Position numbers and translations under genes: made by a program | In this document: positions 25,393 to 32,000 of the stretch, piece by piece | Layout of the letters: the number at the start of each line of letters is the position of its first letter | Numbering within the stretch: position 1 is the stretch's first letter | Notes under the pieces: model-generated | The model's database searches: none | Seen by the model: the letters and a program-made list of their open reading frames with translations, nothing else | Told to the model about the DNA's origin: nothing | From: Candidatus Methylomirabilis oxygeniifera | Lineage (GTDB): Bacteria > Methylomirabilota > Methylomirabilia > Methylomirabilales > Methylomirabilaceae | Direction: 5' to 3' | Length of the DNA: 32,000 bases | NCBI GenBank assembly: GCA_000091165.1 | Contig: FP565575.1 | Span: 1,890,001-1,922,000, forward strand

Positions 25393-25488
25393 ACCTTCTC
25401 TCGGATCGAGCATAACGCGAGCGATGCCACCATCGAAACGCTGCTCAAGGTGGCACGAGTCCTCGAGCCTCTCTCGACTTCGAGGTGA
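25393..25488 (+). pseudogene. Remnant of an XRE-family regulator/antitoxin
   Basis: TFSRIEHNASDATIETLLKVARVLEPLSTSR*; a 1-nt frameshift restores LDFEVKA, the usual continuation. Confidence 0.55.
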
Positions 25489-25551
25489 AAGCGGACAGTA
25501 GGCTATAAACCAGACAGTTACGGCCTCTACCTCGACTGAATCCAGATCATA

Positions 25552-25764
25552 CCACCGCTGCTCTCAGAGGGTCTCCCATTCCTCGGGACTCAAGTGGGCT
25601 TGGCGCAGGATGGATCGTAGGGTGGGAACGGCAATGTCGCGGGAGTGGATCGGCACGGTGACCTTTCGGTTATCCGGGTGGACATAACGGGCATGGCTCC
25701 CGGTCTGCCTGCGCAGTTGAAAGCCTGCTGCTTCTAGTTTGCGGATAACTTCCCTTGGCCGAAG
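25552..25764. repeat. 213-bp direct repeat, copy 1 (contains most of hicA)
   Basis: Nearly identical to 27880-28092 (offset 2328), a few mismatches by eye. Confidence 0.9.
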
Positions 25765-25779
25765 CGGGCTAAGCGGCAT
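25564..25779 (-). CDS. HicA-family toxin
   Basis: RPREVIRKLEAAGFQLRRQTGSHARYVHPDNRKVTVPIHSRDIAVPTLRSILRQAHLSPEEWETL. Confidence 0.9.
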   Translation of the reverse strand: MPLSPLRPREVIRKLEAAGFQLRRQTGSHARYVHPDNRKVTVPIHSRDIAVPTLRSILRQAHLSPEEWETL

Positions 25780-26026
25780 GGGCGGGAAGCTTCACATGAA
25801 CGTAGAACCCCTCTTCCCCTTCTTCGCCTGGCGGGACAGGCTCACCCTCTTCCTGAAGGCACTCCACGTGAAAGGCGACCATTGTCTTGATATTCGTCAG
25901 GGCCTCTTGCACGTCCGCTCCCTGGTCGGCAATGCCAAGGGCTGGCACCTCCGCCACCACACTGCCCGTCTCCGGATCCTTTGTCACCAGGACGCGATAT
26001 TGCAGGATTGCTGCTACACTCATCAT
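25769..26026 (-). CDS. HicB-family antitoxin
   Basis: MSVAAILQYRVLVTKDPETGSVVAEVPALGIADQGADVQEALTNIKTMVAFHVECLQEEGEPVPP; directly upstream of hicA with 11-nt overlap. The longer ORF-track start lacks support. Confidence 0.85.
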   Translation of the reverse strand: MMSVAAILQYRVLVTKDPETGSVVAEVPALGIADQGADVQEALTNIKTMVAFHVECLQEEGEPVPPGEEGEEGFYVHVKLPAHAA

Positions 26027-26301
26027 CCCCCCCCTCTCACTCCTCACCGATTCAAGTAAAGAGTCTACCAGCGTCGCTTCCGGGTGGCAACCACCTTCCG
26101 TCAACCGCTCCACCGCGCCCGCAGGTGGGTCGCCTTCTTGATGGCCAGCTTGCGCTTCTGGTGGAAGTCTCGAGCGACTGACTTCGCCGTCCCGATCCGT
26201 TCCCGGTGCCGATGCCCGTAGGAACACACCTACCGCACCCACCAGAGCCCGTCACGTTGAAACAGCCCTCGATCTACACCGCCTTTGCGTGCCATCTTTG
26301 C

Positions 26302-26712
26302 TCACCTGCGGGGGCGGGGATCGGTCGCGGCTGGGTAGCAATCAAAAGAAACAGTCATCGCGAATCCATCGTCTCCACTGACAGAATAGAGAGAACTCCC
26401 CTCCCTGTATTCGACCACCATCGGGGGAGGGTTTTTACCTGGATGTTTCCTCGTGAGATCTTCCTCGTCTTCTCTCGCAAATTCCACGGCAATCCGGGCG
26501 AAGCCCTTAGCCAATTTCTTGCATTCGGCTAAATTGGTTGTCGAGCTTTGGATTTCCCATGAGTCCGCCTCGTATGGACGATCATGAAGATACAACTCCG
26601 TCTTTTTCCACACGACCCATCCATTCCCTTCTTCTTTCGCCCACAACCTTCCTCCAAAGAAGCCGACAGCAACGGCAAGCGCAATACCCCAGACGAGAGC
26701 GAGTCGCTTCAT
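26302..26712 (-). CDS. Hypothetical secreted protein
   Basis: MKRLALVWGIALAVAVGFFGGRLWAKEE signal peptide; 136 aa. Confidence 0.65.
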   Translation of the reverse strand: MKRLALVWGIALAVAVGFFGGRLWAKEEGNGWVVWKKTELYLHDRPYEADSWEIQSSTTNLAECKKLAKGFARIAVEFAREDEEDLTRKHPGKNPPPMVVEYREGSSLYSVSGDDGFAMTVSFDCYPAATDPRPRR

Positions 26713-26767
26713 CGTATTAGCCCCCCACGCTGCATACTCGTGTTTCTCTCTGGCTAACCCAGGTTTC

Positions 26768-27025
26768 TTAGCGGGCTAAGTGTTCTTTCACCTGTATCCG
26801 CAATAGGGTGGTATAGCTTAAGCCCTTCGCCTCTGCCATCGCCTCGATCTTGGTAATGTCCCCGGGATCAAGGCGAATGTTGATCGCCCGCTTCGGTCGC
26901 CTGACAAACCGGATGCCAGCTTCGGCCGTCTCCTGGGCATGCTCCGCGAAGCTGTGAGTGTCCCAGTACGCCGCCGCCTCTCGATCTGTCGGGAGTGATG
27001 GAATTCGTTTCACCTGTTTCTTCAT
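26768..27025 (-). CDS. CopG/BrnA-like antitoxin
   Basis: YWDTHSFAEH...RPKRAINIRLDPGDITKIEAMAEAKGLSYTTLLRIQVKEHL (CopG-antitoxin style). Confidence 0.8.
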   Translation of the reverse strand: MKKQVKRIPSLPTDREAAAYWDTHSFAEHAQETAEAGIRFVRRPKRAINIRLDPGDITKIEAMAEAKGLSYTTLLRIQVKEHLAR

Positions 27026-27040
27026 TTGCCACGCCTCGCG

Positions 27041-27295
27041 CTATAATCCTCGGTAGACCTCCCGCCGGTGTTTGATTCTCAGGACCTCCACCGTACGCGC
27101 CTTGTCGTCGATATCGTGAAGCACCCTGATATCCCCAACCCGTATCCGCCATGCCCCCGTGCTGAGCTTAACGCAGCCCTTAGGCCGAAGGGTCCCGGTC
27201 AGGGATGCGAGAGCCTCGCGCACCCTCACCCAGGTATCACCTATGAGCCTGTCCAGGTCTTTCTGCGCTCTAGGACCGAGTAGCAGCCGGTACAC
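27041..27295 (-). CDS. RelE/ParE-family toxin
   Basis: MYRLLLGPRAQKDLDRLIGDTWVRVREALASLTGTLRPKGCVKLSTGAWRIRVGDIRVLHDIDDKARTVEVLRIKHRREVYRGL. Confidence 0.9.
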   Translation of the reverse strand: MYRLLLGPRAQKDLDRLIGDTWVRVREALASLTGTLRPKGCVKLSTGAWRIRVGDIRVLHDIDDKARTVEVLRIKHRREVYRGL

Positions 27296-27548
27296 GCTTT
27301 TTCCGCTTGGTTAGGTAGGCGTCCAGGCTGATCCGCTCTCCAGGGGCCTGACGCGCCTCGACGGCGTCCATCGCGTCCTGTAAGTCTTCCAACTCCTCCA
27401 GCAGGCGGTTGTAGGCGTCAAGGCTCAGCAGGACCGCTGCCCCTTTGCCGTGCTGAGTGAGAATGGCCGGGCCTTTCTCCAGTGCCGCCAAGACCTCCGC
27501 TTGGCGTTTCCTCAATTCAGAGATGGGAATCACCTCGTTGATCCGCAT
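27270..27548 (-). CDS. Phd/YefM-family antitoxin
   Basis: MRINEVIPISELRKRQAEVLAALEKGPAILTQHGKGAAVLLSLDAYNRLLEELEDLQDAMD; overlaps relE by 26 nt. Confidence 0.88.
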   Translation of the reverse strand: MRINEVIPISELRKRQAEVLAALEKGPAILTQHGKGAAVLLSLDAYNRLLEELEDLQDAMDAVEARQAPGERISLDAYLTKRKKRVPAATRS

Positions 27549-27735
27549 ACACAGCTCTCCTTGTGGAAGCAATACATGGTCTTCAAATGCTACCAAATAT
27601 ACAGCGAGGGTATTTGAGCGTCAAGCGATGTCACAAAGACAATTCAAAGGGAAGCTAAGTAAAACTCATGGCAGGGGAGGGGAAGCAATCGCCAAAGCTA
27701 ACCCCAAAGCCCACAGTTTTACGGAGATGTGAGAC

Positions 27736-27770
27736 TAGTGGCCGAGACGTGCGGGGTCGAATCCACCTAC
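27736..27770. repeat. Degenerate partial copy of the tRNA-Sec 3' end (att-like)
   Basis: TAGTGGCCGAGACGTGCGGGGTCGAATCCACCTAC aligns to 29255-29290 TGGTGGCGGAGGCGTGTGGGGGTCGAACCCACCAAC with about 6 substitutions and one 1-nt gap, in the same orientation. Confidence 0.5.
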
Positions 27771-27879
27771 GTCATTTCCTCAAGTAATTCCACTCGGTTC
27801 AGAGCCAGTGGATTCCCGGTCACGGTCTGGGTCACGGTTTCACGCCCGGCTTCCACCGTTCGCCCGTCACTCACGTGTT

Positions 27880-28092
27880 CCACCGCTGCTCTCAGAGGGT
27901 CTCCCATTCCTCGGGACTCAAGTGGGCTTGGCGCAGGATGGATCGTAGGGTGGGAACGGCAATGTCGCGGGAGTGGATCGGCACGGTGACCTTTCGGTTA
28001 TCCGGGTGGACATAACGGGCATGGCTCCCGGTCTGCCTGCGCAGTCGAAAGCCTGCTGCTTCTAGTCTGCGGATAACCTCCCTTGGCCGAAG
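27880..28092. repeat. 213-bp direct repeat, copy 2
   Basis: See 25552-25764. Confidence 0.9.
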
Positions 28093-28098
28093 GTTGAG
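27892..28098 (-). CDS. Second HicA-family gene copy, no adjacent HicB
   Basis: C-terminal part of the 27892..28257 ORF: NLRPREVIRRLEAAGFRLRRQTGSHARYVHPDNRKVTVPIHSRDIAVPTLRSILRQAHLSPEEWETL. The true start is uncertain. Confidence 0.65.
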   Translation of the reverse strand, partial: LNLRPREVIRRLEAAGFRLRRQTGSHARYVHPDNRKVTVPIHSRDIAVPTLRSILRQAHLSPEEWETL

Positions 28099-28372
28099 CA
28101 CCACCTTCCGGCCAATTCTTCGCGCTGGCAACCCGACCCGTGCCCGCAACCGCCGATTTTCCAGGCTCCTGGGGCTTGCCTTAACCTCCTCCCGTTGAAC
28201 CGTTTCGTCCACCGAAATGATTTTTGTCACGAGACCCCCCTTTCTTGTCCGTACCATCTTTCATCCCTGTTACCGCTCATAGTAGAGTACACACTTTACC
28301 TATTCAAGCAAATTACATTATGGTAGAATAGTGTTATTTCCGGGAACGTCCACATAGCGAAAGGAGGTAAAT

Positions 28373-29035
28373 ATGGTGACCAGGGCGAAGCGCGTTTCAG
28401 GGATTTCGACGAAAGACGCCATCATGCTAGAGAAGTACCAGCGAGTCCTCCAGACGACACTGCAATGGTCAGTGATGGCGCCGCGAGAGGATCGCTTGCG
28501 ATGGATACTGGAATTCGCGGCAGAGGATATTGACGCCCTCACGCCCGACGAACGGTTCGAGCGAGCAGTACGATTGAGGTGTTTCATGTGGCCGGATTCT
28601 TCATTGTGGTGCTCGAACCCTTCATCCCCGCCTAGAACTCTCCTGATGCCCGATGCCGTACTGCACCAGGTGCACGCGGAGATTAATCAAGGGCTCCGGG
28701 TGGTTCTTGGTGAACAGCGTAACGAAGAGTGGTATGTCCCTGGCCCGGTGCGGATAGCGTTCTATCGGGCCTCGCCACGCTTCAAGAAAGGACCGAAGGC
28801 AGAAACAGCGCCTGGACGTACTCGATTTGCGTTTCGGTGGGACTGGGGAGACGATGCGGGCGCAATTCTCGCCGGGATCATTCACCTCATCCACGATGCG
28901 GGATCGCGCTTGCGAGGTTGCAAGGAGTGTGGGAAGGCGTTCATCGCTGTGAAGCGGCAACTCTATTGCGGGGAGGACTGCTCCCAGCGCAAGCGGGATC
29001 GTGATAAACGGTATCGATCACAAGCTAGGGAGTAG
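28373..29035 (+). CDS. CGNR-like zinc-finger protein, hypothetical
   Basis: C-terminal RLRGCKECGKAFIAVKRQLYCGEDCSQRKRDRDKRYR (Cys4 cluster). Confidence 0.65.
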   Translation: MVTRAKRVSGISTKDAIMLEKYQRVLQTTLQWSVMAPREDRLRWILEFAAEDIDALTPDERFERAVRLRCFMWPDSSLWCSNPSSPPRTLLMPDAVLHQVHAEINQGLRVVLGEQRNEEWYVPGPVRIAFYRASPRFKKGPKAETAPGRTRFAFRWDWGDDAGAILAGIIHLIHDAGSRLRGCKECGKAFIAVKRQLYCGEDCSQRKRDRDKRYRSQARE

Positions 29036-29257
29036 GCGTTCTGAAGGACTCAGCGTCTCGGCTTCCGAAAGTTCTGAAGCCTGTACGTACCGTGGGGGCG
29101 GCACTCCCCATCGTTCCATGACGGGAAGCCCTTAAGCCCCCACCCCCTGTCATTCATCGTTTCGGTCGATCAAGCTGACCGTGATTTCAGTCACGGTTCG
29201 TGGTCGAAAATGGTCGTTTTCCATCGTACTCTAGCATGGATAGTTAGCAGGATGGTG

Positions 29258-29352
29258 GCGGAGGCGTGTGGGGGTCGAACCCACCAACCCGGTATTAGCG
29301 GGTGCGCTGGTTTTGAAGACCAGGAGGGCCACCGGGCCCATTCCGCCTCCAG
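29258..29352 (-). tRNA. selC: tRNA-Sec (UCA anticodon)
   Basis: Reverse complement GGAGGCGGAATGGGCCCGGTGGCCCTCCTGGTCTTCAAAACCAGCGCACCCGCTAATACCGGGTTGGTGGGTTCGACCCCCACACGCCTCCGCCA: 95 nt, anticodon TCA, long variable arm ACCCG/CGGGT, 4-nt D loop, G discriminator plus CCA. Confidence 0.9.
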
Positions 29353-29453
29353 CATAATCTGGTAAGAACCTGACAGCGCTTCGCAGGTCCGGTCAGAGCT
29401 TCAGGTAAGGTAGGATGTTAGCAGCTTGTTACCGCTGGCCGGCGCAGGATATC

Positions 29454-29798
29454 CTATGCCGGATGCCAACTGAGGGACCGCCCACCCAACAGGTGAACGT
29501 GCAGGTGATAGACTGCCTGCCCACCCTCACTGTTACAATTGATTACCAGTCGAAAACCCCGATCCGCAATCCCGATCTGCCTTGTGATCCGGTTCGCCAC
29601 CAACAGGAGGTGGCCCAGCAGCCGATCATCAGCCTGGTTCGCATCGAGGATGGTCGCGAGGTGTTGACGGGGAACAATCAAGATGTGGATAGGGGCCTTC
29701 GGGTGAATGTCTTCGAAAGCTACCGACTGCTCGTCCTCATACACAATCTTCCCCGGACGTTCACCATTGGCTATCTGACAAAAGAGACAGGTATCCAC
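29454..29798 (-). CDS. HIT (histidine triad) family protein
   Basis: CLFCQIANGERPGKIVYEDE...FEDIHPKAPIHILIVPRQH...YHLHVHLLGGR. Confidence 0.93.
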   Translation of the reverse strand: MDTCLFCQIANGERPGKIVYEDEQSVAFEDIHPKAPIHILIVPRQHLATILDANQADDRLLGHLLLVANRITRQIGIADRGFRLVINCNSEGGQAVYHLHVHLLGGRSLSWHPA

Positions 29799-29807
29799 AC
29801 CCTCGTC

Positions 29808-30503
29808 CTATCGATATTCCGCCTTGCTCTTTTTCCCGTAGCGCTTGCGCAGTTCCCGAGCTACCTCTGACGGCGCGATCCCGTGATACCCCAGCAGGAC
29901 CAGCGCGTGAAACCAGAGATCGGCGGCTTCGTAGACAATCTCCCCCGAGTCCCCATTCTTGGAGGCCACCACCAACTCGGTCGCCTCTTCGCCGACCTTC
30001 TTGAGGATCTGATCTTGACCTTTGGCGAACAACCCTGAGACATACGAATCCGGCTGTGGCCTCGCCTGTCGATCCTTGATAACCTCGAAGATCTGTTGGA
30101 GAATCGCAAGGCTCCCGCCGTAGACCGCCTCCGGATCGAACTGCTGTCGCGCTAACTCCTCCGGCACCTCTGAGTCCGGATGCAGGCGACGGAAAAAACA
30201 GGACCGTCGACCGGTATGGCAAGCCGCCACTACCTGCTCGGCCTTGACCAGCAGGGTATCCTCATCGCAGTCGACATAGATCTCGCGCACGCGCTGAATG
30301 TGGCCGGACTCCTCCCCCTTTTGCCAGATGCGCTGCCTCGATCGGCTATAAAAATGGGTAAGACCGGTCTCGACGGTCAGTCGCAGCGACTCTTCATTCA
30401 TGTAGGCAAGGGTCAGGACCTGGCCGCTCTCAGCATCCTGTACAATGGCCGGGATCAGCCCCGATGCATCGAACCGAATTTGCGCACGATCGAATCGCTC
30501 CAT
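29808..30503 (-). CDS. hisIE: Bifunctional phosphoribosyl-AMP cyclohydrolase / phosphoribosyl-ATP pyrophosphatase
   Basis: [41 protein letters not shown] and a C-terminal PRA-PH domain ([37 protein letters not shown]). Confidence 0.93.
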   Translation of the reverse strand: MERFDRAQIRFDASGLIPAIVQDAESGQVLTLAYMNEESLRLTVETGLTHFYSRSRQRIWQKGEESGHIQRVREIYVDCDEDTLLVKAEQVVAACHTGRRSCFFRRLHPDSEVPEELARQQFDPEAVYGGSLAILQQIFEVIKDRQARPQPDSYVSGLFAKGQDQILKKVGEEATELVVASKNGDSGEIVYEAADLWFHALVLLGYHGIAPSEVARELRKRYGKKSKAEYR

Positions 30504-30509
30504 AGCCCT

Positions 30510-31349
30510 TTAATCCCGCACCGGGACGCCACGGCCACGCAGGTACGCCTTCGCATCCTGGATTGCGTATTCACGGAAATGAAAGATTGAGGCAGCCAGC
30601 GCAGCGTCAGCCCTCCCTTTCACCAATGCCTCATACAGATGATCCAGCGTACCAGCGCCTCCCGAAGCGATGACCGGGATCGTCACGGCATCTGCTACTG
30701 CGCGAGTGAGGGCCAGATCGTAGCCATCCTTCGTCCCATCTCTGTCCATGCTGGTCAGCAGGATCTCCCCGGCCCCGAGCGCCTCCCCTTGCTTCGCCCA
30801 CCCGACAGCATCAAGTCCGGTCGGGGTCCGTCCACCATGAGTGTAGACCTGCCAGCGCGGAGCGCCGGATGGGGTGTGGGGTGTGGGGTGTGGGGTGTGG
30901 GGACCTGCTACCTCAACACTCGACACTTGACACTTGACACTATCACTGACCCGTTTCGCATCGATGGCGAGGACAATGCACTGGCTTCCGAACCGCATGG
31001 CGGCCTCAGTAAGCAGTTCCGGGCGCTCGACGGCCGCCGTGTTCAGCGAGACCTTGTCGGCGCCTGCGAGCAGCAGCGTTCGAATATCCTCTACCACCCG
31101 GACTCCACCACCAACGGTGAGGGGGGTAAAGGTCATCTCGGCCGTTCGACGGACCACATCAAGTAAGATGTCCCGCCGCTCATAGGAGGCGGTGATGTCG
31201 AGAAAGACCAGCTCGTCAGCTCCCTGTTGGTCATACAGCGCCGCCACCTCGGCCGGATCGCCCGCGTCGCGGAGATCTACAAACCGCGTCCCTTTCACGA
31301 CACGCCCGTCTTTCACATCCAGACATGGGATGATCCGCTTTGCCAGCAT
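30510..31349 (-). CDS. hisF: Imidazole glycerol phosphate synthase cyclase subunit, with in-frame low-complexity insertion
   Basis: [54 protein letters not shown]...[21 protein letters not shown]; insertion [30 protein letters not shown]. Confidence 0.93.
   Translation of the reverse strand: MLAKRIIPCLDVKDGRVVKGTRFVDLRDAGDPAEVAALYDQQGADELVFLDITASYERRDILLDVVRRTAEMTFTPLTVGGGVRVVEDIRTLLLAGADKVSLNTAAVERPELLTEAAMRFGSQCIVLAIDAKRVSDSVKCQVSSVEVAGPHTPHPTPHTPSGAPRWQVYTHGGRTPTGLDAVGWAKQGEALGAGEILLTSMDRDGTKDGYDLALTRAVADAVTIPVIASGGAGTLDHLYEALVKGRADAALAASIFHFREYAIQDAKAYLRGRGVPVRD
30871..30902. repeat. Heptanucleotide tandem repeat (GGGGTGT)x4 + GGGG inside hisF
   Basis: Directly readable: ggggtgtggggtgtggggtgtggggtgtgggg. 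Confidence 0.95.
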
Positions 31350-31352
31350 GAT

Positions 31353-32000
31353 TTATTTTGCCGCCGCAATCGCTTCGTTCAGTGAGAATCTACCCTCGTA
31401 CAGGGCCTTCCCGACCAGGGCACCAATGACGATAGTGGGTTCAAGCGTCGCGACTCGCCTGAGATCGTCGAGTGTGGCAATCCCTCCGGACGCGATGATC
31501 GGGTGGCGGGCCGCCTGAGCCATTTGTTGCAACGCGCCCAGATTCGGTCCCGTGAGCATCCCGTCTCGCTCGATATCGGTATAGATAATCGCTGCCAGCG
31601 GAAGATCGGCCGCTCGTATCGCCAGATCGGCCGCGAGCAGCTCGGTGGCCTCCACCCAACCCCGTACCGCAACCTTCCCGTTTTTCGCATCGATTCCGAG
31701 CAGTACGCGACCGGGATAGCGATGGGCAGCCTCCCTCAAGAATCCCTCATCCTGGATGGCAGCCGTCCCAATGACGGCTCGCTCGATGCCGGAGGCAAAC
31801 GCCTGCTCCAAGGCAGCTAGATTCCGTAATCCGCCACCAAGCTGCACAGGAATCTTGATCGATCGGGCCACTTGGGCAACAACGGAAAGCTGCTGCGGCG
31901 TTCCGGCAAAGGCGCCGTCAAGATCGACCACGTGCAGAATCGGCGCCCCTTCATCCTCCCACCTCTTGGCCATAGCGACCGGGTCGGCGGAATAGGCGGT
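31353..32000 (-). CDS. hisA: Phosphoribosylformimino-5-aminoimidazole carboxamide ribotide isomerase, 5' end beyond the window
   Basis: [37 protein letters not shown]; the frame stays open to base 32000 upstream of the ORF-track ATG. Confidence 0.93.
   Translation of the reverse strand, partial: TAYSADPVAMAKRWEDEGAPILHVVDLDGAFAGTPQQLSVVAQVARSIKIPVQLGGGLRNLAALEQAFASGIERAVIGTAAIQDEGFLREAAHRYPGRVLLGIDAKNGKVAVRGWVEATELLAADLAIRAADLPLAAIIYTDIERDGMLTGPNLGALQQMAQAARHPIIASGGIATLDDLRRVATLEPTIVIGALVGKALYEGRFSLNEAIAAAK

Noticed and set aside
29415-29870. Plus-strand 151-aa ORF
   Set aside because: It is antisense to the HIT-family gene and the end of hisIE.
30871-30902. GGGGTGT tract as a CRISPR or minisatellite array
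   Set aside because: There are no spacers; it is a simple tandem heptamer inside hisF and is reported as such.

Overview
The window looks like a Gram-negative chromosome segment in which conserved core blocks alternate with accessory DNA. Bases 1-5,900 hold small, mostly plus-strand cassette-like genes: a HigB/HigA-type toxin-antitoxin (TA) pair, an MntA/HepT-type pair, a SnoaL-like gene and an EthD-like gene. This part also holds eroded restriction-modification remnants, two degenerate attC-like sites and a MITE-like element. Bases 6,000-23,600 are mostly core: a BaiN/YhiN-type flavoprotein, two ABC-F proteins (Uup-like and YbiT-like), a TrxB-like oxidoreductase, an ELM1-family protein, a cupin, tRNA-Met(CAU), an HD-domain phosphohydrolase beside a Ski2/Mtr4-like helicase, and an mlaE-mlaF-mlaD-tolC-mlaC type operon. 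Bases 24,900-29,100 form a TA-rich island with several HicA/HicB units (one hicA with an in-frame TGA, one duplicated), a Phd-RelE-CopG trio and pseudogene remnants. This island ends at a tRNA-Sec (UCA) gene on the minus strand. A degenerate copy of the 3' end of that tRNA lies 1.5 kb away in the same orientation, which suggests an integration scar. A HIT protein and hisIE-hisF-hisA (hisA cut by the window edge) follow. The most unusual observations are the tRNA-Sec/att-like pair, a heptanucleotide tandem tract plus second repeat inserted in-frame in hisF, a REP-like palindrome inserted in-frame in the HD-domain gene, and the collapsed restriction-modification locus. I found no complete new defence system and no CRISPR array. 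All family calls come from reading motifs, not from database searches.
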